A program made the translations under genes and the position numbers. Below are positions 45,101 through 54,309 of a stretch of DNA of 64,000 nucleotides, in pieces; position 1 is the stretch's first letter; the number at the start of each line of letters is the position of its first letter. The stretch spans positions 320,214 to 384,213 of the forward strand of contig CAVTHV010000037.1 in assembly GCA_963734595.1 (NCBI GenBank). The letters are read 5' to 3'. The notes beneath the pieces were generated by a model. The model did not search any database. It saw only the letters and a list, made by a program, of their open reading frames with translations, and was not told the origin of the DNA. This stretch comes from an uncultured beta proteobacterium. Lineage in GTDB: Bacteria; Pseudomonadota; Gammaproteobacteria; Burkholderiales; SG8-41.

Positions 45101-47938
45101 GTCTGCGAGGGCTCGGTGCAGGACGTGATGGCGCATACCACCTCGCACACCGGGCGCGCGCTGCGCGAATACGCCAAGGCGCTGAAGCCGGGTGCAGCCG
45201 AGGCGACTTTGCACGCATCGGCGATGCCTGCGGTGGTGCGCCACGACGCGATCCGCGTGCACCATGCGCGCGAGCACAATCTGCGCAACATCGATGTTGA
45301 TATTCCGCATGGCCGTTTCACCGTGATCACCGGCGTGTCGGGCAGCGGCAAGTCCACGCTTGCCTTCGACATTCTGTTCGCCGAGGGCCAGCGCCGTTAT
45401 CTCGAATCCCTCAACGCCTACGCGCGCCAGTTCGTGCAATCGGCAGCACGTCCCGACGTGGACGCCATCTACGGCATTCCGCCCACCGTCGCCATCGAGC
45501 AGCGCACGAGCCGCGGCGGGCGCAAGAGCACGGTGGCCACGCTCACCGAGATCTACCACTTTCTGCGCCTGCTCTACGTCAAGCTCGGCACTCAGTATTG
45601 CCCGGACTGCGATGTGGCGATCGCACCGCAGAGCCTGGACAGCATCGCGGCGCGCATCCTGCGCGAGCATCGCGGGCACCGCATCGGCGTGCTCGCCCCG
45701 CTCGTGGTCAACCGCAAGGGTTATTACACCGACCTCGCCAAATGGGCGGCGGCGCGCGGCCATACCCATCTGATGGTGGACGACGCATTCATCGAAACGG
45801 CGCGCTGGCCGCGGCTGTCGCGCTTCCAGGAACACAATATCGAGCTGCCTGTGGCCGACATCACGGTGAGCCCGGACAACGAAGCTGCGCTGCGCGCCGC
45901 GCTTGCTGCCGCCATCGAGCACGGCAAGGGCGTGGTGCACGTGCTGGGCAACCTGGGCGCGCTCGCGCAGGCCGTGCAGCGCAAGAGCACGGCACCAGTC
46001 CAGCTCACGCGCAGCGTGTTCTCTGTAAAGCGCGCCTGCCCATCCTGCAGCCTGAGCTTCCCGGAACTGGATCCGCGGCTGTTCTCCTTCAACTCGCGCC
46101 ACGGCTGGTGCCCGGCCTGCTTTGGCACCGGGCTCAAGCTCGACGCCGTGGGCTGGGACGAGTCGCGCGAGAAAACCGGCACCGAAGATCACGTGCTCGA
46201 TTCCTGGCTGCAATGGCTGGAAATCGACGAGCCCTGCCCCGCCTGTCACGGCCAGCGTCTCAACAAACAGGCGTTGGCGGTGCGGCTGGCCGGCGCGTCC
46301 ATTTCGGAGCTGACTGCGCGCCCCGTGAACCGGATCGCTGAATTCTTCCGCGGCTTCAAGCCCGGCGCGCGCGAAGCCGCGATTGCGCGCGACGTGCTGG
46401 CCGAACTGCGCAGCCGGCTCGGTTTCCTGCAGCAGGTGGGACTGGATTATCTGGCGCTGGACCGCGCCGCGCCCACGCTCTCGGGCGGCGAGGCGCAACG
46501 CATACGGCTCGCGGCACAGCTCGGCTCCAACCTGCAGGGCGTGTGCTACATCCTCGACGAGCCCACCATCGGCCTGCATCCGCGCGACAACCGCATCCTG
46601 CTCGACACCCTGCAGCAGCTTGAATCCCGCGGCAACACGCTGGTGGTGGTGGAACACGACGAAGACACCATACGGCGCGCCGCGCACGTCATCGACCTGG
46701 GGCCGGGCGCAGGCAAGCAGGGCGGGCAGGTGATCGCCAGCGGCACTGCGGCGGAACTGATGCGCCAGCCGCAATCCGTGACGGGCCGCTTTCTGGCGCA
46801 CCCCTTGCTGCATCCGCTGCATCCGCCGCGCGCAGTGGACAGGCACACGCCGCGGCTGATCATCGAGGATGCCCGGCTGCACAACCTGAAGCATCTCGAT
46901 GTGCGCCTGCCGCTGCAGCGCCTGGTCGTGATCACCGGCGTTTCCGGCTCCGGCAAATCGACGCTTGCACGGGATGTGCTCTACGCCAACCTGGCGCAGC
47001 AAATCGCGGCGCGGCGCACGAAAAAACAGCGGCCGCTCGCCGGGTGTGCGGCGCTGCATGGCGGAGACGACATTGGGCGCGTGCTCGAAGTCGATCAGAC
47101 GCCGATCGGCAAAACGCCGCGCTCCTGCCCGGCGACCTATGTCGGGTTCTGGGATGCGATCCGCCGCCTGTTTGCAGCGACGACCGAAGCCCGCATGCGC
47201 GGGTTCACTGCAAGCCGGTTCTCGTTCAATACCAAGGGCGGGCGGTGCGACGCATGCGAAGGCCAGGGTATACGCAAAATAGAAATGAGTTTCCTGCCCG
47301 ATGTCAGGGTGGCCTGCGAGGTGTGCGCAGGCGCGCGTTTCAACAATGAAACGCTGGCAGTACGATTCAAGGACAAATCCATTGGCGATATTCTCGCGAT
47401 GGATATCGACGAAGCGGCCGGTTTCTTCAGTGCGCATCCGCCGATACACCATGCGCTCACGCTGCTGCAAGATGTCGGCCTCGGTTATCTCACGCTCGGC
47501 CAGCAGAGCCCGACGCTCTCCGGCGGCGAGGCGCAGCGCATCAAGCTCGTCACCGAATTGTCCAAGGTGCGCGCCGATGGCGCCGACGCGGGCAACCGGC
47601 CGCGGCGGGCCGGCGCCGACCGCAGTACGCTTTACGTCCTCGACGAGCCCACCGTGGGCCTGCACATGGCGGATGTCGAGAAACTGATCCGCGTATTGCA
47701 CCGCCTGGTCGATGCCGGCAACTCGGTGGTGGTGATCGAGCACAACCTCGACATCATCGCCGATGCCGACTGGATCATCGATCTCGGCCCTGAAGGCGGC
47801 GATGCCGGGGGACGGATCGTCGCGCAGGGCGCACCGCAGGACATCGCAAAACACCCGGACCGCTCTCACACGGCGCGCGTGCTTGCCGGATTCCTTGCCG
47901 GACACGGACAACCGGATGCTGGAGACAGCGCGAAGTAA
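42176..47938 (+). pseudogene. uvrA: tandem-duplicated UvrA-like ABC ATPase (class III UvrA, four nucleotide-binding domains in one ~1900-aa polypeptide); frameshift near 44839, start region unresolved
   Basis: Half 1: [12 protein letters not shown]...[25 protein letters not shown]...LSGGEVQRI...[14 protein letters not shown]...LSGGEAQRLKL. Half 2: [10 protein letters not shown]...[25 protein letters not shown]...LSGGEAQRI...[14 protein letters not shown]...LSGGEAQRIKL. The two track ORFs (42124..45300 and 44837..47938) join at cttGGcgggtcat. ATG 42176 overlaps the arcC stop (ATGA) but lies in a different frame from the conserved body, which is in frame with ATG 42148. Confidence 0.8.
42946..42977 (+). 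repeat. heptanucleotide tandem repeat (CCTCATC) x4.6 inside the uvrA-like coding sequence
   Basis: cctcatc cctcatc cctcatc cctcatc cctc, read directly from the sequence. It encodes PHPSSLIPHPS. Confidence 0.9.
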
Positions 47939-48022
47939 ACATGGATCGTGACAACTCCAGCCGGTCTCATGCGTTATAGGTGTCGTTGCTTGCACCAAAC
48001 GCTTCGACTAAGGGAGGAAAAA

Positions 48023-48172
48023 ATGCAGGATCTGCCCGGTCCCGGCCGTTGTCTTGCCATGCCCGTCATTCTCAGCGGCGCGCTGTTTGGCCGTATTGCG
48101 GGTGTCGGGGATAATCGGCGTGACAACAGGGAAGCGCAGTCCAACCCGGGGCGGATTTATTCCTCCGCCTGA
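48023..48172 (+). CDS. possible small hydrophobic protein (49 aa)
   Basis: ATG 48023 is preceded by a strong AAGGGAGG SD (48010-48017). Product: MQDLPGPGRCLAMPVILSGALFGRIAGVGDNRRDNREAQSNPGRIYSSA. I recognise no homology. Confidence 0.25.
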   Translation: MQDLPGPGRCLAMPVILSGALFGRIAGVGDNRRDNREAQSNPGRIYSSA

Positions 48173-48192
48173 CCATTGAGCCATTTGCAGAA

Positions 48193-49437
48193 TTGAAGCC
48201 TATTTCGAGCAGCGCAGTCCGCCGGGCAATTTTCGGCCTCGCCATGCCAGCTGTGGTGTTGATCGCAGCCTACTTTCTCGTCCCCCGCGTTTCCCATCTG
48301 CCGGCTTCGCTCGCGGGGCTCAAGGTTTACGGGGCTTACATCGCCCTCGCGCTGGGCGGCCTGGTCAGCCTGGCCTTCAACCGCGGACGCGTGCTGCTGG
48401 CGCTGTTGTCGCTCGCGATCGCCTATGTGGGCTACCGCTCGGCACTCCTGCATGGCCTGGCAGGCTTCCCGGCACGCACGGTATTCGCGGCGCTGTGCAT
48501 TTTCGTGCCGCTCAACCTGGGAATCCTGGGCGCTCTTCAGGAACGCGGCACCTTCAATATGCGCGGCCTGCAAAGGTTGGCCGTAATTCTGCTCGAAATT
48601 GCCTTTACCGCCTGGCTCATTCTCTCGAGGAAGACCGCAACCGTCGCCTGGGTCTACGCGCCGCTTTCCGATATGGTGCCGGTGGCCGTTTCGCCGATTC
48701 CGCAACTGGGGCTGGCCATGATCGTCGCAAGCCTGGTGCTCAGCTTTACGGTGTGGTTTATCAGCCGTTCGGCGATCGATCTGGGGTTCGCGGGCGCCGT
48801 GGTGGCGTTCACGGTCGCCGCAAACGGCATCGCCTCGCCGAATATGTTTGCCATTTTCGTCGCCGCCGCCGCGCTGATCCTCACGATCGCGGTGTTGCAG
48901 GATACGTTCCGCATGGCGTTCCGGGACGAACTGACCGGGCTGCCCAGCCGCCGCGCGCTGGGCGAAAGCCTGGCCGGGCTCGGCCGGCATTATTCGATCG
49001 CCATGCTGGATGTCGACCACTTCAAAAGTTTCAACGATTCCTATGGCCACGACATCGGCGACCAGGTGCTGAAGATGGTCGCAAGCAGGCTCGCCCATGT
49101 GGGCGGAGGCGGGAAAGCGTACCGCTACGGCGGCGAGGAATTCACCATCGTCTTCTCCGGCAAAAGCGTCGATAGGGTGATCCCGCATCTCGAAGCGCTG
49201 CGCCGGAATATCGCAGACTACACGCTCGCGCTGCGCGCCGGCGACCGGCCGGCGCAGTCCGAGTCCGGCAAAAAACAGCGCGGCAAGCGCCGGGCGGAAA
49301 AAGCCGTGTCGGTGACCATCAGCATCGGCGTCGCGGAAAGGAATGACCGGCTTACCCTGCCTGATGAGGTCATCCAGGCCGCCGACAAGGCGCTCTACCG
49401 CGCCAAAAACCGGGGCCGCAACCGGGTCAGCCGCTGA
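48193..49437 (+). CDS. membrane-anchored diguanylate cyclase (GGDEF)
   Basis: N-terminal region of about 7 TM helices, then DELTGLPSRRAL...MLDVDHFKSFNDSYGHDIGDQVL...RYGGEEFTIVF...ADKALYRAKNRGRNRV. The track start is TTG. ATG 48244 is an alternative. Confidence 0.8.
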   Translation: MKPISSSAVRRAIFGLAMPAVVLIAAYFLVPRVSHLPASLAGLKVYGAYIALALGGLVSLAFNRGRVLLALLSLAIAYVGYRSALLHGLAGFPARTVFAALCIFVPLNLGILGALQERGTFNMRGLQRLAVILLEIAFTAWLILSRKTATVAWVYAPLSDMVPVAVSPIPQLGLAMIVASLVLSFTVWFISRSAIDLGFAGAVVAFTVAANGIASPNMFAIFVAAAALILTIAVLQDTFRMAFRDELTGLPSRRALGESLAGLGRHYSIAMLDVDHFKSFNDSYGHDIGDQVLKMVASRLAHVGGGGKAYRYGGEEFTIVFSGKSVDRVIPHLEALRRNIADYTLALRAGDRPAQSESGKKQRGKRRAEKAVSVTISIGVAERNDRLTLPDEVIQAADKALYRAKNRGRNRVSR

Positions 49438-49480
49438 ACGCGCGCCCGGAACCCCGGTAGCCGGTTCAACTGCATACGGA

Positions 49481-49494
49481 TTTGATTGAGATCA
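49481..49494 (+). promoter_or_regulatory. consensus FNR/Anr box TTGATTGAGATCAA with -10 GAGAAT at 49517-49522 (class II promoter of uspA)
   Basis: Perfect TTGAT-N4-ATCAA. The centre at 49487.5 predicts a -10 at 49517-49522, where GAGAAT is found. An AAGGAGG RBS precedes ATG 49578. Confidence 0.7.
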
Positions 49495-49577
49495 AAGTGT
49501 CCTGCCATTTCCGAAGGGAGAATGGATACTGATTTTTCCGTGACAGACCAGAATTTACGCTCCCAAGGAGGTGCCCC

Positions 49578-50012
49578 ATGCACCGAGTGCTGATACCGAT
49601 CGACGGCTCCGAGACCTCGCTGCGCGCAGTGCGCCGCTTCGCCGCGCTGGCGCCCCATCTGCAGCAGACTGAAGTGCTGCTGCTGAACGTCCAACATCCG
49701 GCGGCTATGAGTGAGCGGATCGCCAGTGGCCGCCCTTCGGAACTGCAATCCCTCGAAGCGCCGCTGCGGGAAGCCGGCAAAAAGGTGTTGGCACCGGTTC
49801 AGGCTGAGCTCGACCGCGCCGGGATTCCCCACGCCGGGCATGTCGAGTTCGGCGACCCGGCCGCGACCATCGCGGAGTTCGCAGGCAAACATCATTGCGA
49901 ACAGATCATCATGGGCACGCACGGCCTGGGCGCCATCGCCAGCGTGGTGATGGGCTCCGTTGCCACCAAGGTGCTTCATTTCACCGGCATGCCCGTCATG
50001 CTGGTGAAATAG
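49578..50012 (+). CDS. uspA: universal stress protein
   Basis: MHRVLIPIDGSETSLRAV...IIMGTHGLGAIASVVMGSVATKVLHFTGMPVMLVK, with the USP ATP-binding G-2x-G-9x-G(S/T) motif present. Confidence 0.85.
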   Translation: MHRVLIPIDGSETSLRAVRRFAALAPHLQQTEVLLLNVQHPAAMSERIASGRPSELQSLEAPLREAGKKVLAPVQAELDRAGIPHAGHVEFGDPAATIAEFAGKHHCEQIIMGTHGLGAIASVVMGSVATKVLHFTGMPVMLVK

Positions 50013-50031
50013 AAACGCCGCCGGGCGTATG

Positions 50032-50062
50032 GCGCCGGTGGACCACGGCGCTGTTGTTTTTC
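50032..50062 (+). terminator. putative rho-independent terminator of uspA
   Basis: Stem gcgccg / cggcgc (50032-50037 / 50046-50051) followed by tgttgttttt. Confidence 0.5.
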
Positions 50063-50231
50063 TGGTCGGGCACGTGAACCGGTCCACTCCCGGAAAGACG
50101 TTGTCTGAACGAATGCCGCGCTTTCGGTCTTCAGACTGACTGCATCGTTTTCATCTTTCCGGCGACCCCGCTCCGGTTTCGGGCTCGCGCACCTGGCGTT
50201 AGAATAGCGGCTGCCCACACCCGACCCGCCC

Positions 50232-50873
50232 ATGAAAAACAATATTGCCGACCTGCGCCAGGAGTACATGCGCGAAAGCCTCGACGAAAAGGATGTCGCG
50301 CGCGACCCGATTGCGCAGTTCATCCGGTGGTTTGACGAGGCGATCACGGCCCAGATGCCGATGGTGAACGCCATGACGCTCGCGACCGCGTCGGCTGCGG
50401 GCCGGCCGTCGGCGCGCATAGTCTTGCTGAAGGATGTCGATCGGGCCGGTTTCGTGTTCTATACCAACTATGAAAGCCGCAAGGGCGAGGAACTCGCAGC
50501 GAGGCCGGAGGCTTCCCTGCTGTTCTACTGGATCGAACTCGAGCGCGAGGTGCGCATCGAAGGCCGCGTCGAAAAAGTGTCGCCTGAGGAATCAGATCAA
50601 TATTTTTCGAGCCGCCCGCTCGGCAGCCGTCACGCTGCGATCGCGTCTCCGCAAAGCCGGGTGGTGCGTGATCGCGCGGCGCTCGAAGCGCGTTTTGCGG
50701 AAATCGCCAAACACCATGGCGACTATCCGCAACGTCCGGCATGCTGGGGTGGCTATCGCGTCATCCCCGACACTGTCGAATTCTGGCAGGGTCGCTCCGA
50801 CCGCCTGCACGACCGGGTGCTGTATCGCCGGCTGCCCGATGACGGCTGGAAAATAGAACGGCTTGCGCCTTAG
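50232..50873 (+). CDS. pdxH: pyridoxamine 5'-phosphate oxidase
   Basis: [15 protein letters not shown]...[22 protein letters not shown]...[10 protein letters not shown]...IEGRVEKV...YFSSRPLGS...WGGYRV.P..VEFWQGR.DRLHDR shows canonical PdxH motifs. Confidence 0.92.
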   Translation: MKNNIADLRQEYMRESLDEKDVARDPIAQFIRWFDEAITAQMPMVNAMTLATASAAGRPSARIVLLKDVDRAGFVFYTNYESRKGEELAARPEASLLFYWIELEREVRIEGRVEKVSPEESDQYFSSRPLGSRHAAIASPQSRVVRDRAALEARFAEIAKHHGDYPQRPACWGGYRVIPDTVEFWQGRSDRLHDRVLYRRLPDDGWKIERLAP

Positions 50874-50899
50874 CAGGAAAGCCGCGGTACCTGCCCGGC

Positions 50900-51892
50900 T
50901 CAAAAGAAATGCTGCCCGAACCACCAGGCGACCGCGGCAACGAAGGCCGAGCAGGGGATTGTGAAAAGCCACGCCCACACAATGTTGCCGGCCACCCCCC
51001 AGCGCACGGCGGAAAATTTGTGCGCCGAGCCGACGCCCACAATCGCTCCGGTGATGGTGTGGGTAGTAGAAACCGGGATACCGAAGCTGGTTGCCATAAA
51101 CAGCGTGATGGCTCCGCCGGTTTCAGCGGCAAAACCACCTACTGGCTTCAGCTTGGTTATCCTCTGGCCCATTGTTTTGACGATCCGCCAGCCCCCAAAT
51201 AATGTGCCGAGGGCAATGGTCGTGTAACAGGCAATGACCACCCACATCGGCACCTGCCCCTCGGGACTGGACATCCCGGCCGCGATCAACAGCATCCATA
51301 TCAGCCCCGCAGTCTTCTGGGCGTCGTTTCCGCCATGACCCAGGCTGTACATTCCGGCTGACAGCAATTGCAGCCGGCGGAACCAGCCGTCTACCCGTCG
51401 CGGTGATGTTCGAACGCATATCCATGAAACGGCAAGCATCAGCAGGGCACCGAGCAGAAAACCTAATAGCGGGGACAGCACGATAAATGCGATGGTTTTG
51501 ATCAAGCCGCTGGCTACCAGCGAGCTGGTTCCGGATTTCGCCACCGCTGCTCCCACCAACCCCCCGATCAATGCGTGCGAAGAGCTCGATGGAATGCCAT
51601 AAATCCACGTAATGAAATTCCATACGATGGCGCCGATCAGCGCGCCGAATACCACATAATGATCAACGATGGTCGGGTCGATGATGCCTTTGCCGATAGT
51701 AGTCGCAACCTTCGTCTGAAAAATGAAGAGTGCCGTGAAATTGAAAAAAGCCGCCCAGCCTACAGCCCACAGCGGCTTGAGCACGCCCGTTGATACGACA
51801 GTCGCGATGGAGTTGGCGGCATCATGAAAGCCATTCATGAAATCGAACACGAGAGCCAGCAGGATCAGAAATACGAGCGCTTCTAAAGTCAT
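50900..51892 (-). CDS. inorganic phosphate transporter, PiT family
   Basis: MTLEALVFLILLALVFDFMNGFHDAANSIATVV and a second GNDAQKT repeat motif (SLGHGGNDAQKTAG). Intact 330 aa. Confidence 0.9.
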   Translation of the reverse strand: MTLEALVFLILLALVFDFMNGFHDAANSIATVVSTGVLKPLWAVGWAAFFNFTALFIFQTKVATTIGKGIIDPTIVDHYVVFGALIGAIVWNFITWIYGIPSSSSHALIGGLVGAAVAKSGTSSLVASGLIKTIAFIVLSPLLGFLLGALLMLAVSWICVRTSPRRVDGWFRRLQLLSAGMYSLGHGGNDAQKTAGLIWMLLIAAGMSSPEGQVPMWVVIACYTTIALGTLFGGWRIVKTMGQRITKLKPVGGFAAETGGAITLFMATSFGIPVSTTHTITGAIVGVGSAHKFSAVRWGVAGNIVWAWLFTIPCSAFVAAVAWWFGQHFF

Positions 51893-51940
51893 GGCAATTC
51901 TTGGTGTTGGTTATGGCGCGCAGGCGGCGCGTGCCGCGAC

Positions 51941-52567
51941 TCACGAATTCTGGAGCAAGATTCCCTCGATGATGTTGGCAACGTCTTCGCATTTATCGGT
52001 CACCGCTTCCATCGTCTGATAGACCGCGCGCAGTTTGATCAACTGGCGCACATCCGGTTCGTCGCGGAACAGCTTGGCCATCGCCGCCCGCATGACATGG
52101 TCGGCCTCGGACTCGAGCCGGTCGATATCATCGCAGATCCGCATGATGGTTGAGGCGTTTTTCATGTTCGACAACAGCTTCACCGCTGTCTGGATCTTCT
52201 CTCCACAGTCGACACAAATGTCGGCAAGTCTCTTTTCCTCGGCCGTAACGACTTGAAGATCATAAATGAAGATCAGCTGCGCTGCATCCTCGAGCAGATC
52301 CAGGATGTCGTCCATCTTGGTGATCAGCCGGTGGATGTCGTCGCGGTCAATCGGGGTAATGAAAGTCTTGTGCAGCAACGCGATCGTGGTCTGGGTGATC
52401 TTGTCAGCGCGTTTCTCAATCGATTCGATGTTGTAGGCATAGCGCTCGGGATCCTCGGCGCTCGATATCATCGCCGCGAGTTCGCGGCTGCCCAGCACTA
52501 TCTGTTCGGCATGTTCATTAAACAAATCGAAAAAACGGCCCTCACGCGGCATCAAACGGCCAAACAT
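51941..52567 (-). CDS. DUF47 / PhoU-like phosphate transport regulator (Pit accessory protein)
   Basis: MFGRLMPREGRFFDLFNEHAE... matches the TIGR00153-type family. It lies directly upstream of the PiT gene in the same orientation. Confidence 0.85.
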   Translation of the reverse strand: MFGRLMPREGRFFDLFNEHAEQIVLGSRELAAMISSAEDPERYAYNIESIEKRADKITQTTIALLHKTFITPIDRDDIHRLITKMDDILDLLEDAAQLIFIYDLQVVTAEEKRLADICVDCGEKIQTAVKLLSNMKNASTIMRICDDIDRLESEADHVMRAAMAKLFRDEPDVRQLIKLRAVYQTMEAVTDKCEDVANIIEGILLQNS

Positions 52568-52749
52568 GTTGCCCTCCCTCCCGGAAATGGGGCGGCTGGA
52601 TCGTCCGTGACGGACGCCAGGCCGGCGCCCGCATGATCTTCACCCGCGACCTCCCCTGTCAGCCAGGCGCAAGTTTAGCCGGTTTGGCCCGGGGCACATA
52701 ATAGCCGCCCGCGGTATACTCACGCTCTTTTTCCGCAGCCGCGTTTAGC

Positions 52750-53640
52750 GTGCCTCCAAGATTGTCCGGACACCGCTGGTATGACTCCGTTCTGGCGTGG
52801 TATTTCGTCAGCGTCTGGGGGTCGGGCTTTCTCGCCACCAAAATCGGCCTGCTGCACGCGGCGCCCTTCACGTTTCTCACGCTCCGGTTCGCCTTCGGCA
52901 TCCTGTGCCTGATTCCGATCGTGCTGATCACCCGGCCGCGCTGGCCGGCATCGTTCTCCGAACTCGGCCACGTGATAGTCGCCGGCCTGTTGATGCACAC
53001 GGTGCATCTGGGCGGCAGCCATTACACGCAGTATCTCGGCATGTCCGCCGGCATCACGGCACTTCTGCTTTCGGCCCAGCCGCTGCTGACGGCGCTGATC
53101 GCCGCGCGCTGGATGGGAGAAGCGCTGAAGCTGCGCCAGTGGCTGGGTATCCTGGTTGGCCTGGCGGGCGTGACCCTGGTGGTATGGCACAAGGTGAACG
53201 TTCACGAGGCCACCGCCGGCAGCCTGATTGCGGTGACGGTGTCGCTGGCGGGCGTGACCGCCGGCACCCTGTATCAGCGCGTATTCTGTCCCCTGGTGGA
53301 CCTGCGTTCATCGTCGCTGATACAGTTCATCGCCGCCATCGCGACGCTGGCGCCGCTTGCCTACGTGGTCGAGGGCATGAAGGTCGACTGGTCATGGACG
53401 CTTGCCGGATCCATCGCGTTCCTGGTGATCGGCGCATCGATCCTCGCCGTGAATGCGCTGCATACGCTGATGCGCCGCGGTCAGGCGACACGCGTAACCA
53501 GCCTGATCTATCTCACACCGATTTTCGCCGTCGTGCTGGAGCTGGCGCTGTTCGGCGTGGCGCCGACCGGCCTCAGCATCGCCGGCATACTGATCACCTG
53601 CTTTGGCGTCGCGATGGTCTCGTGGCGCGCGTCGGCATAA
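52750..53640 (+). CDS. EamA/DMT family transporter
   Basis: 10-TM profile with two EamA halves (WGSGFLATKIGL... and ...LIYLTPIFAVVLELALFG). GTG start; the start is uncertain. Confidence 0.8.
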   Translation: MPPRLSGHRWYDSVLAWYFVSVWGSGFLATKIGLLHAAPFTFLTLRFAFGILCLIPIVLITRPRWPASFSELGHVIVAGLLMHTVHLGGSHYTQYLGMSAGITALLLSAQPLLTALIAARWMGEALKLRQWLGILVGLAGVTLVVWHKVNVHEATAGSLIAVTVSLAGVTAGTLYQRVFCPLVDLRSSSLIQFIAAIATLAPLAYVVEGMKVDWSWTLAGSIAFLVIGASILAVNALHTLMRRGQATRVTSLIYLTPIFAVVLELALFGVAPTGLSIAGILITCFGVAMVSWRASA

Positions 53641-53648
53641 AACAAAAA

Positions 53649-53683
53649 CGGCCGGCCGCCGCACGGGATGCGGCGCCAGCCGT
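53649..53683. terminator. imperfect GC-rich hairpin between convergent EamA and SWIB genes (possible bidirectional terminator)
   Basis: aaaaacggccggccgccgca-cggga-tgcggcgccagccgttta, with an A-run before and a T-rich stretch after. The stem contains mismatches. Confidence 0.4.
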
Positions 53684-53702
53684 TTAATATAAGCAGAAAA
53701 CT

Positions 53703-54014
53703 TTACTTGAGGTGTTTGCTGACCAGTTTGGTCATCTCGAACATCGAGACCTGTTTCTTGCCGCCGAATACTTCCTTGAGCTTGTCGTCGGCATTGATCA
53801 TGCGCCGGTTCTTGCTGTCCTGCAGGCCGTTTCGCTTGATGTAGGCCCAGATTTTTTTGGTGACTTCGGTGCGCGGCATCGCGCTGCCGCCGATCACCGC
53901 ACCGAGCGACGCGCTCGGCTGCATGGGCTTCATGAATGCGGCATTGGGTTTGCGTTTTGCGGCGGGTTTCTTTTTCGCGACGGTCTTTTTGCTGGATTTT
54001 TTCTTTGCAGCCAT
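53703..54014 (-). CDS. SWIB/MDM2 domain-containing protein with a lysine-rich N-terminal tail
   Basis: MAAKKKSSKKTVAKKKPAAKRKPNAAFMKPMQPSASLGAVIG...MPRTEVTKKIWAYIKRNGLQD...INADDKLKEVFG...VSMFEMTKLVSKHL. I chose ATG 54014 inside the longer track ORF. Confidence 0.8.
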   Translation of the reverse strand: MAAKKKSSKKTVAKKKPAAKRKPNAAFMKPMQPSASLGAVIGGSAMPRTEVTKKIWAYIKRNGLQDSKNRRMINADDKLKEVFGGKKQVSMFEMTKLVSKHLK

Positions 54015-54309
54015 TGAGTATCTCCCGTTAGTGGTGTAATGACGGTGAATGGTCGGTTTGCCTTGCCACATCGGATGGCACGGTGAGGAGAGAATGCCGA
54101 GGAGAAACACTCTTGTCAATCTCTTTTAGCATCCGTGCATCCGGAATAAATGCGGTGTTTTCCCCTCTGTACGCGCAAGCCTGCGGTCCGGCTGCCCAAA
54201 CATCCGCCCGGAGTTTGATCCGACGGCGCAACTTAATTCACGCTCTGCCGCAAGCCGGCGCGAACGCTCGATGCAACTGGCGCCACAAGAGCGACAACAA
54301 ATCAATGAG

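Noticed and set aside
42176-47938. Double-length UvrA considered as a tandem misassembly or recent duplication
   Set aside because: The two halves differ at roughly half of the aligned residues and throughout at the nucleotide level. A collapsed or duplicated assembly artefact would be near-identical.
44690-47998. 1102-aa ORF on the minus strand, the longest ORF in the track
   Set aside because: It lies exactly antisense to the conserved uvrA-like gene. Its Arg/Ala/Gly/His-rich low-complexity composition has no recognisable motifs. This is a typical shadow ORF of GC-rich DNA.
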